DNA from: Gammaproteobacteria bacterium
GTDB taxonomy: Bacteria; Pseudomonadota; Gammaproteobacteria; UBA4575
Assembly (NCBI GenBank): GCA_965243395.1
Contig: CBDEUS010000002.1
Coordinates: 64,001-128,000, forward strand
DNA: 64,000 bases
Direction of reading: 5' to 3'
Below, in pieces: positions 1-9,935 of this stretch (within the stretch, counting starts at the first letter, position 1; every line of letters begins with the position of its first letter). The notes under the pieces are model-generated. The model did no database searches and was not told the origin of the DNA. It worked only from the letters and a program-made list of their open reading frames with translations. The position numbers were made by a program, and so were the translations under genes.

Positions 1-195
1 AAAGTCAAGGACCTCTAAAACTAAGGGGTGCTCATAATATACTAGAACCATTATCCTCATTATTAGAATCATTTACAGCCATGCAAAGAATGAAGATATC
101 TAGCAGTGGCTACAAACCCTGTTATGAAATAGAGTTCTCTGATTGATTGCTGGTTTCAATTCTTGATAAGAATTATTCATTCTGAATCAAGAAAC

Positions 196-426
196 TTATT
201 TCCAAAAATCCCAAACCTCATAGTAAGTATGATCATTTTTGAAAATAGTTCGAATACCTGCTTGACGATTATGTTTTTTACATCTTTCCACTGCGTGGTT
301 ATAGGCAGAAGAACCATCCGAGTCTTTTCGCGCGCGAAAATGAGTAACCAGATACCAACCTTTGCGGTTTAAAATATCTGTATCCTCACCATCGAGAGTT
401 TCAATTTTTATAGAATTTTCTGACAC
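196..426 (-). CDS. hypothetical protein (76 aa)
   Basis: ORF with GTG start and a GGAGG Shine-Dalgarno just upstream on the minus strand; no recognisable motif. Confidence 0.5.
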   Translation of the reverse strand: MSENSIKIETLDGEDTDILNRKGWYLVTHFRARKDSDGSSAYNHAVERCKKHNRQAGIRTIFKNDHTYYEVWDFWK

Positions 427-686
427 GCTAGTCCAACCTCCCTTGTTTTTGAATCTAAATTCATTTTAAATCCATGTAATACATAGACTTATAGTATTCA
501 CACTATACATATAACTACTAAGGATCATGAGTGAATACCGATGTTGTGCAAAATTCTAGGTTTAAATGGCTGGACTTTACAATTATTACAAACACATATT
601 ATCTTGGATGAGAGCGTTTAATAAAACTCAAAAAATTGATCGCTTTTTTTATATAAAAATTCAAAAAAATTAACCATCTTTAATGT

Positions 687-1280
687 ATGCCTTTATCTAA
701 TCGCACAAACTTACTACCAAAAGATGGAGAGGTATATTTTCATCCCGGTTTATTTTCTGAATTCGAGAGTCAAATATTATTTAATTCATTATGTGATTCA
801 ATCGAATGGAAACAAGAAGAAATCAAAATTTTTGGAAAATGGGTAAAACAACCAAGACTAAGTGCATGGTATGGAGAACTGAATAAAGAATATTCCTATT
901 CAGGAATTACTCTCAAAGCCAAACCCTGGAATCAACCACTTCTTGCAATAAAAAATAAAATTCAATTGGCTATAAACTATGAGTTTAACAGTTGTTTGTT
1001 AAACTTTTATAGAAACGGACAAGACAGTATGGGCTGGCACCGCGATAATGAAAAAGAACTTGGTCGTAGACCCGTGATCTGCTCTGTAAGTCTAGGGACA
1101 AGTAGAATTTTCCGTATGCAACATATTAAAGAAAAGAAATCGAAAGTAAGTATTGATTTACCTTCGGGTAGTTGTTTATTAATGCGAGGAGATGCGCAAC
1201 AATTTTGGAAACATGCTATACCCAAACAGCCTAAATGTAGCAAAGCTAGAATTAATCTTACTTTTAGAAAAATTTTCTAA
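687..1280 (+). CDS. 2OG-Fe(II) dioxygenase, AlkB/ALKBH2-3-like alkylated DNA repair protein
   Basis: HxD (WHRDNE), distal His (KHAIPK), RINLTFR motif, QPRLSAWYG motif. Confidence 0.9.
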   Translation: MPLSNRTNLLPKDGEVYFHPGLFSEFESQILFNSLCDSIEWKQEEIKIFGKWVKQPRLSAWYGELNKEYSYSGITLKAKPWNQPLLAIKNKIQLAINYEFNSCLLNFYRNGQDSMGWHRDNEKELGRRPVICSVSLGTSRIFRMQHIKEKKSKVSIDLPSGSCLLMRGDAQQFWKHAIPKQPKCSKARINLTFRKIF

Positions 1281-1346
1281 TCATTATTTTCTAAAATCCA
1301 ATGGATAGTAAAATATTTATGACATTACTCTGAATAACTCACTAAA

Positions 1347-2549
1347 TTATGCAGTCACTGTTTCTTTTGCTTCCTGTGATAAACTCTTGTTTAATACGAA
1401 ATAACCTAATATTCCTGAAAGAAGTGAGCCTATAAGAATACCGATGCGTTCATCAACTAAATAATTGGCGCCTGTTTCTTCAAATGCTAACGAGCCAATG
1501 AATAAACTCATTGTAAAACCAACCCCACAAAGTGCTGCAGTGCCATATAATGACATCCAGGAAATATCCTCAGGTAATGTAGTGAGACGCAATTTAACGC
1601 CTACCCAACAAAAGATAAAAATTCCTATTTGATTTCCAAAAAATAATCCAAGCGCAATTCCAAGAGGAATGCCATGCAAAATTTTATCCAGCCCAAAATT
1701 TGAGAAATCTACGCCAGCATTACAAAATGCGAATATGGGTAAAATAATGAGCGTAACAGCTGAATGTAAGTCTTTTTCTAAACTTTTCAGTGGTGAAATA
1801 TTTGGGTTTGAGGTTGAACGAAATGGAATAAACAACGCAAGTATTACGCCTGCAAGAGTCGCATGTACCCCTGATTTCAGCATAGCAACCCACATTACTA
1901 TCCCTAAAATAATGTAGATACTTTTATCGGTAACTCCTTTTCTGTTGATAATAAAAAGAATCAAACATGAAAATGCTACCACTATCAAAGCAGTCAAAGA
2001 TATTTTACTTGTATAAAATAAAGCGATAATCAAGATTGCACCAATATCATCTAAGATCGCTAACGAAGTAAGAAAAACTTTCAAACTGATAGGTACTCTT
2101 GAGCCTAAAAGTGAAAGAATCCCAAGTGCAAATGCAATATCAGTAGCAGCAGGAATTGCCCAACCCTGTAACGCTATTGGATCATCAAAATTAACCGCTG
2201 TATAAATTAATGCAGGAATCATCATTCCACCAACAGCACCTAACGCTGGCAGAACAATTTTTTTACGATCAGATAATTCCCCCTCTACAAATTCACGCTT
2301 AAGCTCAAGGCCAATTAAAAAGAAAAACACCGCCATGAGCCCATCATTTACCCAGAGTAACAACGGCTTATATATCTCTAAACCCCCAACTTTTACCGCC
2401 ACAGGAACATCAATCAGCATCGAGTAATAAACGCTCAACGGCGAGTTCGCAACAAGAATAGCCATGAAAGCAGTGGTAACTAAAAGAACACCTGCAAATG
2501 ACTCCTCCTGGATATACTTGGCTATAAATGTATGATTTTCGTTTTGCAT
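1347..2549 (-). CDS. nhaA: Na+/H+ antiporter NhaA
   Basis: WVNDGLMAVFFFLIGLELKRE, GWAIPAATDIAF, AILDD, LKSGVHATLAGV, LCGVGFTMSLFI signature motifs. Confidence 0.96.
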   Translation of the reverse strand: MQNENHTFIAKYIQEESFAGVLLVTTAFMAILVANSPLSVYYSMLIDVPVAVKVGGLEIYKPLLLWVNDGLMAVFFFLIGLELKREFVEGELSDRKKIVLPALGAVGGMMIPALIYTAVNFDDPIALQGWAIPAATDIAFALGILSLLGSRVPISLKVFLTSLAILDDIGAILIIALFYTSKISLTALIVVAFSCLILFIINRKGVTDKSIYIILGIVMWVAMLKSGVHATLAGVILALFIPFRSTSNPNISPLKSLEKDLHSAVTLIILPIFAFCNAGVDFSNFGLDKILHGIPLGIALGLFFGNQIGIFIFCWVGVKLRLTTLPEDISWMSLYGTAALCGVGFTMSLFIGSLAFEETGANYLVDERIGILIGSLLSGILGYFVLNKSLSQEAKETVTA

Positions 2550-2553
2550 AGGA

Positions 2554-3453
2554 CTATATGAAGAGTTTCTCTCTTGCAGTTTCGGTAATACACATCACAC
2601 CTGGATGTTTTAACTTACGCTCAGGCGATATCGCATAATAAGTTTCTTTCAGTTCTTCAACGGTACCAATCAAACCAGCGTGATACATATGTTCAACATG
2701 ATCAGAAATAGCGGTTGGAGCAGGGAAAACACCTGCACCTGCGCTCCCAAATGCCTTTAATAAAGCGCTGTCGTCAAATTCTGAAACAACACTGACATCG
2801 ATTCCAATTTGGTCAAACCAATCTTCCAAATTTCTTCTCAATACATTTGATTTTACCGGCATTAGCATCGGCGCATTATTTAGTGATTGTGGAAATTTTT
2901 TTTTATAAGGGTGAGCTATTCGTTTTTGTGCAAAAAATGAAATCGTACTATTTCCAAGAATATGGTTGTAAGCCTTAACATTAAGACCGGTAGGCAGAGG
3001 TCGGTCTGATAAAACTAAATCTAACTTATGAACCGCTAAATCACCAAGAAGTTTTTCTAAATTACCCTCGTAGCAGACTACTCTTACTGGGTCTTCTAAC
3101 TTGAGCACGGGCTCTAGAATACGGTAAGCAATCAGCTTAGCTATTGAAAAAACTACTCCTACATTCAATTCAAGAGGTTTACCAGGTTCCTTGCTTTTCA
3201 GGCGCTGTGAAAGCTCAGCACCAAGTGAAAAAATTTCATCTGCATAAATATGGACAATTTGCCCTGTATCTGTGAGCACTAAACCTCGGCCTTTCCTTTG
3301 AAAAAGTGCTTCGCCAACGGTTTCTTCTAACAGTTTCAACTGTCCACTGATGGTTTGAGGCGTAATGTGCAGCACCTCCGAGGCCCTGGCGATACTTCCT
3401 TCCCGCGCAACCGTCCAGAAATAAAGCAAGTGATTGTAATTAAGGTGCCTCAA
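2554..3453 (-). CDS. nhaR: LysR-family transcriptional activator NhaR
   Basis: LNYNHLLYFWTVAREGSI N-terminus, EFDDSALLKAFG, ERKLKHP; adjacent to nhaA. Confidence 0.93.
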   Translation of the reverse strand: MRHLNYNHLLYFWTVAREGSIARASEVLHITPQTISGQLKLLEETVGEALFQRKGRGLVLTDTGQIVHIYADEIFSLGAELSQRLKSKEPGKPLELNVGVVFSIAKLIAYRILEPVLKLEDPVRVVCYEGNLEKLLGDLAVHKLDLVLSDRPLPTGLNVKAYNHILGNSTISFFAQKRIAHPYKKKFPQSLNNAPMLMPVKSNVLRRNLEDWFDQIGIDVSVVSEFDDSALLKAFGSAGAGVFPAPTAISDHVEHMYHAGLIGTVEELKETYYAISPERKLKHPGVMCITETAREKLFI

Positions 3454-3537
3454 GTGTTCTTTTTATCAAGGTAAAGGAAGGTAGATATAATGCCTGAAGT
3501 CTTTTATAAGGAAAAGTCGTATTTTAATACTTTATTA

Positions 3538-3552
3538 TTCGGTTTTATCGAA
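3538..3552. promoter_or_regulatory. LysR-type dyad TTCG-N7-CGAA, candidate NhaR operator
   Basis: ttcg-gttttat-cgaa in the divergent nhaR/hpf intergenic region; weaker CGAA half-sites at ~3611 and ~3633. Confidence 0.5.
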
Positions 3553-3696
3553 TTATTGATACGGACGAAACAGATCTATTTCCAGACAAAAACTAATCAT
3601 CTAGTTAAAACGAAGTATGCCTCAAAAATAAACGAATTGTGGTAGTGGTTTTGTTTGATTAGCCTTTACACATCATTAACGACAGTAAAGGTAAAC

Positions 3697-4098
3697 ATGC
3701 AACTTAGTATTCAGTCTCATAATATTGAGATAACTGATCATTTACACAGTTTCACTGAAAAGAGAATAATCGAAACATTTTCTAATTTGAACAAGAACGT
3801 CAAAAAAATAAATGTTCGTTTGTTTTTGCTTAACAGTAACTCAAAAACCTCTAAAGTAGCATGCCAGCTACAGGTGCACACCCGCTGCCTCCCTACAATT
3901 TATAGTGAGTTACGTGCAAACGACGTTTATAAAGCAGTTAATTCAAGTGCGAAACTTGCTCGTAAAAGTGTTAGCAAAAGACTCACAAAATTTGAAGCAT
4001 TACTTAAGAAAATTAAGTTTCTTAATAAACAAAAGGCTCGCACCTCAACTCTGAAATTACCTTATCGTCAACAACAACTAACAAGAGAATACGCATGA
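3697..4098 (+). CDS. HPF/RaiA-family ribosome-associated protein (copy 1) with basic C-terminal tail
   Basis: MQLSIQSHNIEITDHLHSFTEKRI ... DVYKAVNSSA fits the HPF pattern; ATG at 3697 with AAGGT RBS is preferred over the TTG at 3655. Confidence 0.7.
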   Translation: MQLSIQSHNIEITDHLHSFTEKRIIETFSNLNKNVKKINVRLFLLNSNSKTSKVACQLQVHTRCLPTIYSELRANDVYKAVNSSAKLARKSVSKRLTKFEALLKKIKFLNKQKARTSTLKLPYRQQQLTREYA

Positions 4099-4769
4099 AG
4101 ACATTTAATTTAGCATCAATAAACAAACCAAGATTTTTATTTGCATTGGTTTTATTTTTACCTTTTGCTACTCAAGCAGAAATTCAGAAAAATAATATCT
4201 CAGGAAATAACATAGATACCAATACTGTCAATATATTGGTTGAAAATATTCTCAAAGAAACTGAGGATGCATTAAGGAAAGTAAAATCTGAACCTGACAA
4301 TTCTCTTGAACATGTTAAAAGTGCTATAACTACCATTCGCTCGCTTGAGCGTCAGCTATCACCTGACACTCATGTGGAAAATAAAAGTCCTTTGATTGTT
4401 GATAATTCGAAGGAATATTGGTTTGCATATCCATCCATTCGAAAAGAAGTTGTTGATAACAAAACTATGTTTCCAACCATTCACACCAAATTTGAATCCG
4501 GTATCTTATACCAGGGCTCTAGCACTGACGTTAAGGATCAATTTAACGCCTACTTCGATTATCCCTTCGCACACGCAAGTTTAATCACGGCAAGAGAGGC
4601 ATTGGTTGCTAACAACGAACGAGAGGCTATAAGCTCACTCAAATGGGTTTTCGAAGCTATATATATAAGTCCTGACTTTTATGTAGCTGATTTAGAAGAT
4701 GAATTTTTAATGGATAAACTATTCAACCTTAAGGGTGAATTCCCTTCTTTTACAAGTTTAACTAAATAG
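4095..4769 (+). CDS. hypothetical exported protein (signal peptide, helical)
   Basis: Hydrophobic N-terminus ending ATQA; ATGA overlap with the upstream gene. Confidence 0.7.
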   Translation: MKTFNLASINKPRFLFALVLFLPFATQAEIQKNNISGNNIDTNTVNILVENILKETEDALRKVKSEPDNSLEHVKSAITTIRSLERQLSPDTHVENKSPLIVDNSKEYWFAYPSIRKEVVDNKTMFPTIHTKFESGILYQGSSTDVKDQFNAYFDYPFAHASLITAREALVANNEREAISSLKWVFEAIYISPDFYVADLEDEFLMDKLFNLKGEFPSFTSLTK

Positions 4770-4871
4770 CAATTGTAGAAATTGGTGACGTTTATCAATC
4801 AATAAACTTACATTCATTTTTGGATTTGTTTTATTACTGTTTATTTAGAAATAATTATAGGATTAGAACTC

Positions 4872-5333
4872 ATGTTAAGAACAGACGATATATATGAAGA
4901 AATCATTAGAGAGCATATATTTCATTCTAAAAACTATATGAAATCTCTGGATAGTGCACATTATCATTCACATGGCGTTAATTTAGCATGTATTGATGAT
5001 ATTAAAATACACATCAGTATGCATGATAATGTAATTCATGATGTCAGTTTTGAAGGCGTATGCTGTTCAATTACTAAAGCTTCAGCCTCTTTAATGACCG
5101 AAGAACTAAAGGGGAAACCTCAAATTGAAGTATTAAATTTATTCAAGAAAATTGATCTGCTATCGACTACCAATTGCGATTACGATGGTATTTTTGAGCT
5201 CTTAATTAAACATTTATTTGAAGTTTCTTCAAAAAAGCAGAAGCATGAAACGAGTGCGTGTGTAATGCTCCCATGGAAAACGATGATAAAGGCTATTAAG
5301 AGTAGTAAATTAACAAGCCAAAGCTATAACTGA
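4872..5333 (+). CDS. SufU/IscU-like (NifU-N) Fe-S assembly or sulfur-transfer protein
   Basis: YEEIIREH, NLACID (NPxCGD-like), FEGVCCSITKASASLM, ACVMLPW: three Cys plus Asp retained. Confidence 0.8.
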   Translation: MLRTDDIYEEIIREHIFHSKNYMKSLDSAHYHSHGVNLACIDDIKIHISMHDNVIHDVSFEGVCCSITKASASLMTEELKGKPQIEVLNLFKKIDLLSTTNCDYDGIFELLIKHLFEVSSKKQKHETSACVMLPWKTMIKAIKSSKLTSQSYN

Positions 5334-5431
5334 TGATAAATTTAACACCAAGGATTTAAAGTTTACCTTGTTGACAGCACACGATTAAATCCCTTACCCA
5401 TTAGTGCTGATATCCTCCCCCCAAGGTATTT

Positions 5432-5472
5432 ACCCCGACTTTACATTAATTATTTGTAAGTCGGGGTTTTTT
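5432..5472 (+). terminator. intrinsic terminator
   Basis: accccgactttac ... gtaagtcggggt stem followed by a T-run. Confidence 0.75.
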
Positions 5473-5578
5473 ATATATATAAAGACTATAAAAATCGAAT
5501 TATTAATGCGTCATAAACGACTAGTCGATTAATGCTACATCAAATAAACTTTTAATTAATTTGATATAAGGTCATAAA

Positions 5579-5950
5579 ATGGAAGAAATAAATATACAAT
5601 CACACGGCATTAAACTAACAGAGCAAATGAGAAAACATATAATGCAACGTTTAAACAGTGTTTTTGGTTTTGATAAAACAAAAGTCCAAAAAATTGTTAT
5701 TAAATTATTCGAACATGATCAGAATAATAGCGGTTCAGAAATTACCTGTCACATTAAAATTTATATCAAAAATAAACCTGTAATTATTACTAAACTAAAG
5801 TCTCTAGATGTTTTAACAGCAATTACTTTAGCCATAGAACGTACAAAACTTAAACACGACCATCAATTAAACGATCAACACAATAAGAATAAACGAATAC
5901 TACTAAACCAAAAGCCACTTGCGTATGGCTCATACAGAATTTATCAGTGA
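5579..5950 (+). CDS. HPF/RaiA-family ribosome-associated protein (copy 2)
   Basis: INIQSHGIKLTEQMRKHIMQRL ... CHIKI ... DVLTAITLAIER; AAGGT RBS. Confidence 0.7.
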   Translation: MEEINIQSHGIKLTEQMRKHIMQRLNSVFGFDKTKVQKIVIKLFEHDQNNSGSEITCHIKIYIKNKPVIITKLKSLDVLTAITLAIERTKLKHDHQLNDQHNKNKRILLNQKPLAYGSYRIYQ

Positions 5951-6036
5951 TTAACAATTAAGTGTCTAGTAAATATGAAGACTATGAGTAATTGTGATCA
6001 TAATGAATTACAATCTACGCTAACCTACCAATGTGG

Positions 6037-6933
6037 TTAATAGAACTCGTTTTCTTGAGAAAATAAAACAAGCTCTTCTAAAACGTCGTTAGCTTTATAA
6101 AATCGATCTTTAGGGTATTTGGCTAACATTTTATTTATGATGGGCTGTAATTTTCGTAACTCATAGGGAAGTTCAGGAATTGGGTTGCGTAAATGTGCAA
6201 ATAATACGGTAATGATATCTTTTCTTGTATAAGGCGGTGTACCGCAGTCGTATGGGGGTTCACCTGTTAACATCTCATAGAATACAACTCCTAAAGAGTA
6301 GATATCTGAGCTAGGACCAATCGGCTTTTTACGCAAAATGTCGGGGCTCATATATCGTGGAGTACCTTGACTGGATTTATTCATAACTTCCTTACGGTGC
6401 TCTAGCTCATCGGCGATTCCGTAATCTGATAAAACCACAGAGTTCTCATCTCTAAATAAAATATTTTCTGGTTTAATATCACGATGAATAAAACCATGTT
6501 CATGCGAATAAGCGAGTGCGGAAGCCACTTGTTTCACTACATTAAAGGTCCACTCTAGATCGAATGATCCTTTCATATGTCTGCGCAAATTACCCCATGG
6601 CATATACTCCATAGCAATGTAGTGATATTCATCAACTGTACCAACATCATGGATGGGAATGATATTTGAATGTGAAAGGTTGGCGTTTATGCGTCCTTCT
6701 TGAAAGAAATTTGCAACACGCTCTTCATCATGTACCAGATGCGGATGCATGATTTTCAAGGCAACTTGCCTACTTAAAGATCTTTGAATGGCTACATAGA
6801 CTTCTGCCGTCCCACCAGTTCCGCATATGCCGACAATTTCGTAACCCGGGACATTTATGTTATACGAGCTTTCTTTAAAATCACTAGCAGTTTTACCATC
6901 TGCCCGAAAGGTAAGATCTAAGATTTCAGTCAC
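6037..6933 (-). CDS. Hanks-type Ser/Thr protein kinase (catalytic domain only)
   Basis: GTGGTAEVY, VALK, HRDIKPEN, DYG, GTPRYMSP, SDIYSLGVVFYEMLTG. Confidence 0.93.
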   Translation of the reverse strand: MTEILDLTFRADGKTASDFKESSYNINVPGYEIVGICGTGGTAEVYVAIQRSLSRQVALKIMHPHLVHDEERVANFFQEGRINANLSHSNIIPIHDVGTVDEYHYIAMEYMPWGNLRRHMKGSFDLEWTFNVVKQVASALAYSHEHGFIHRDIKPENILFRDENSVVLSDYGIADELEHRKEVMNKSSQGTPRYMSPDILRKKPIGPSSDIYSLGVVFYEMLTGEPPYDCGTPPYTRKDIITVLFAHLRNPIPELPYELRKLQPIINKMLAKYPKDRFYKANDVLEELVLFSQENEFY

Positions 6934-7021
6934 ATGTACCCCTATCCTTGTATTACAGATAGCTTAACAACAACTATCTCATTTTTATACTTTTTGCAGT
7001 ACAGAGCAATTCTTCTTTCAC

Positions 7022-9886
7022 TTATGATGCAATCTTGAAGGAGTTTATAAGCGTTATTAACTCGTCTTCATTATACGGTTTAGTAATATAAGCATTCACA
7101 CCTAATCGTTGGGCTTCTTTTCGATGTTTTGCCGTCGCTTTGGAGGTAATCATAATGATCGGTGTTAATGCCGTTTCAGTGTTCGCTCGTAAATGGTCGA
7201 TTAGCTCAAGTCCATTCATACGCGGCATTTCCAAATCAGTGAGCACGATTGACGGCACTTGTTTTCGAATTTTATCAATAGCCTCAACTCCATCTTTCGC
7301 AGTGCTGACATTGAAACCTAAATCTTGCATGAACAGTGCTAAAGATTTTCGCGTACTAATAGCATCTTCAACAATTAGTGCAGAGTATTCTAACTGCTGT
7401 GTATTTATAAAATCTTTTTGAGGTGCTTCATTGGTAGAACGTGAACTTATATTATCGAGCAATTCAACTATATCTATCACGGCAGTGACCGTGCCATCTC
7501 CTAATATTGTTGTTCCATGCAATCCTGAAATTTTAGGAATAAACTGGCTCAATGGTTTTGTCACTATATCGCGAGTATCAAATATTTCATCAATCATAAT
7601 CGCGTATTTTTTATTTGTTTCATCTCTAATAATTAAACTTATTTTATTTTCAATCGGCTTGTTATGAGAAACTTTATCAAGCATAAACTGTAAGTCATAC
7701 AGATCGTATTTTTCTTTCCCATATTGCAAAAAATATTTACCAACTTCAGAAATAATTTCGCCTGCACCCGCAAACAATATCTCGTCAACACCACGGTTTG
7801 AAATTGCTATTATGCTTTCTGCACAACGTACAATTAAAGCATGCACAGAATTAAAAGTTGTAGGTACAACAATATCTACTTTGACACCTAGCCCACTTTC
7901 ACTATCAACTATTACTGACCCTTTTAAATCCTTGATCTTATTATGTACTGCAGCTAATCCAACACCACGGCCTGATAATTGTGAAACTTTTTTCTTTGTT
8001 GAAAAGCCATGCTTAAGGATAAATTCAATAGCAAGTTCTTTAGTTAATTCGTCATTTTTGCCAAGCCAACCATTGGCGATCGCTTTCTTTTGTATGCCCA
8101 ACATATCAAGGCCTGCTCCATCATCCTTACATACAACTCGGACAAGATTACCTTCTTTTTTAAAATTAAGTTGAATCTTTCCGTTTGGCTCTTTCCCATG
8201 TTTAACTCGAAACTGACTATCCTCTATTCCGTGATCAATTGCATTTCGCAGCACATGCATTACAGGATCAACAAGTTGATGAATATATTCACTGTCAATT
8301 AGCGTCTCTTCTCCTTTAATTTCAAGATCTACTGTACGACCGGATAACTTACAGGCTTGTCTCACGGAGCGTTTTAATCTTGGTAAAATGCTTTTAACTG
8401 AAACCATACGTATACGCAGTACAGCTTCTTGATTCTCATGTAAAGTTCTAACTTGTGTAGTAGAAAGTTGCTCCAACTTTGATGCTGATTGCTCAATTTG
8501 CTTGGAAAACTCCATTGAGTCGTCCGCACCCTCCAATATTTGATTGGCAAAGGTGTGCAATTCATTAAATTGATCAATTTCAAGTGAATCAAATTTTTCA
8601 TCTTTAGAAAAAGAATCAAGTTGTGGTAAAAATCCACGCAGCTCGATCATATTCTCAAGTTCTTGAGCTAGTGCTTTGACTTTTTCATTACTTGCAGCAA
8701 GACGTCGAATAGAAGAAGTTAATTGATAAGCCAATTCCTGTATTTGCTCATTTGAAATAATGTTCTCACCTGCTCGTTTTAGCAAATCATCTACAAGATT
8801 CACAGAAATATGCAGAGTTGGTTCTACTTGTACTTCTTTATTTGATTTTTCAATTGTTTCATTGTGCGTGCTTAATGCTTCTGATTTTGAATATAAAGCC
8901 TCTTCCTTTTCAGGGTAGTCATCTATTCTGCTATCAACACCATGCAAATTAATTTTATTGACCCAATCCAGTACATTTTGTAAAACTTCTAAAGATTGTT
9001 CAGGAAAAACTCCATTACCGTTCAAAAACTCTGTCATTTCTTGCAGGCAATCGCTGGCATTAAGGATACATTGGTGAAGATCATCGGAAGGTTTTTGTTT
9101 TGATTTCAGTAATGCCGAAAAAATTCCTTCCAAATAATGTGTAAAGTTTACAATACCAGCAATATTTGCGGTATTTCCTGCACTTTTTAAAGTATGAGCT
9201 ATGCGTTCCGAAATTTCTAACTGTTTAATAAAGTTATCATTTTGCAACTCAAGAACCGAAAGACAAAGCTCTTCCGTTTGCCTGGTTAAATCTAGCATCA
9301 GACTATTAAAAATCTCATGATCAACATCTTCTGAAATGTTTAGACTTACTAAATCAGGTGTGGCTTCATGTATAAACTCGGAAGTATCTGCATTGATTCG
9401 AGATTTTTTAAAATATTTTTCTATATCATTTCTTTTTTCCTGTGTGAGCTTAACAGGAAATTCTTTTTGACTTAAAAAATCTATCATTAAGTTAATATAA
9501 TCCTTATCATCCGGCGAAATAAGGTATGTGCGGGAAATATCTGGCCAAAATAAAATAGTTGACCTCAACGAAATTATTATTGCTGGGTTAACATCAATAA
9601 TAAACTCAAAATTATCTTTTATATGCATGCAAAACATATATAAGCCATGCATACCAATCATTTGTGCAGCAGATCCTATGCGTTCCGCATGCCGGATCTG
9701 TAATTCAATTATTTCAGGCAACCGTTCTTTGCTATCAGAAAAATTATTTAAACTAACTGAGAGCTTTACCTGATCCACAAGCAAGTCTGAAACTTCATCG
9801 TATATAACATTCAGTAGTTCTTGCTCTATATGTGTAAGGTCTGACGACAAACTAGGATCATCAACATTTATGATGTTCTCATTCAT
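7022..9886 (-). CDS. CheA/ChpA-like chemosensory histidine kinase (Hpt-HATPase-CheW-REC)
   Basis: AHTLKSAG Hpt, DPVMHVLRNAIDHGIE, DDGAG, SGRGVGL, CheW domain, C-terminal receiver (TDLEMPRMNG). Confidence 0.92.
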   Translation of the reverse strand: MNENIINVDDPSLSSDLTHIEQELLNVIYDEVSDLLVDQVKLSVSLNNFSDSKERLPEIIELQIRHAERIGSAAQMIGMHGLYMFCMHIKDNFEFIIDVNPAIIISLRSTILFWPDISRTYLISPDDKDYINLMIDFLSQKEFPVKLTQEKRNDIEKYFKKSRINADTSEFIHEATPDLVSLNISEDVDHEIFNSLMLDLTRQTEELCLSVLELQNDNFIKQLEISERIAHTLKSAGNTANIAGIVNFTHYLEGIFSALLKSKQKPSDDLHQCILNASDCLQEMTEFLNGNGVFPEQSLEVLQNVLDWVNKINLHGVDSRIDDYPEKEEALYSKSEALSTHNETIEKSNKEVQVEPTLHISVNLVDDLLKRAGENIISNEQIQELAYQLTSSIRRLAASNEKVKALAQELENMIELRGFLPQLDSFSKDEKFDSLEIDQFNELHTFANQILEGADDSMEFSKQIEQSASKLEQLSTTQVRTLHENQEAVLRIRMVSVKSILPRLKRSVRQACKLSGRTVDLEIKGEETLIDSEYIHQLVDPVMHVLRNAIDHGIEDSQFRVKHGKEPNGKIQLNFKKEGNLVRVVCKDDGAGLDMLGIQKKAIANGWLGKNDELTKELAIEFILKHGFSTKKKVSQLSGRGVGLAAVHNKIKDLKGSVIVDSESGLGVKVDIVVPTTFNSVHALIVRCAESIIAISNRGVDEILFAGAGEIISEVGKYFLQYGKEKYDLYDLQFMLDKVSHNKPIENKISLIIRDETNKKYAIMIDEIFDTRDIVTKPLSQFIPKISGLHGTTILGDGTVTAVIDIVELLDNISSRSTNEAPQKDFINTQQLEYSALIVEDAISTRKSLALFMQDLGFNVSTAKDGVEAIDKIRKQVPSIVLTDLEMPRMNGLELIDHLRANTETALTPIIMITSKATAKHRKEAQRLGVNAYITKPYNEDELITLINSFKIAS

Positions 9887-9935
9887 TTTATGCCAACTGC
9901 CTGCTCAAAACATTCTGTTAAGATAATTGAGAGGT

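Noticed and set aside
163-372. Plus-strand 69-aa ORF
   Set aside because: Overlaps the minus-strand ORF that has a clear RBS; no supporting signals
4095-4769. YfdX-family assignment
   Set aside because: Only a vague helical resemblance; needs a profile search
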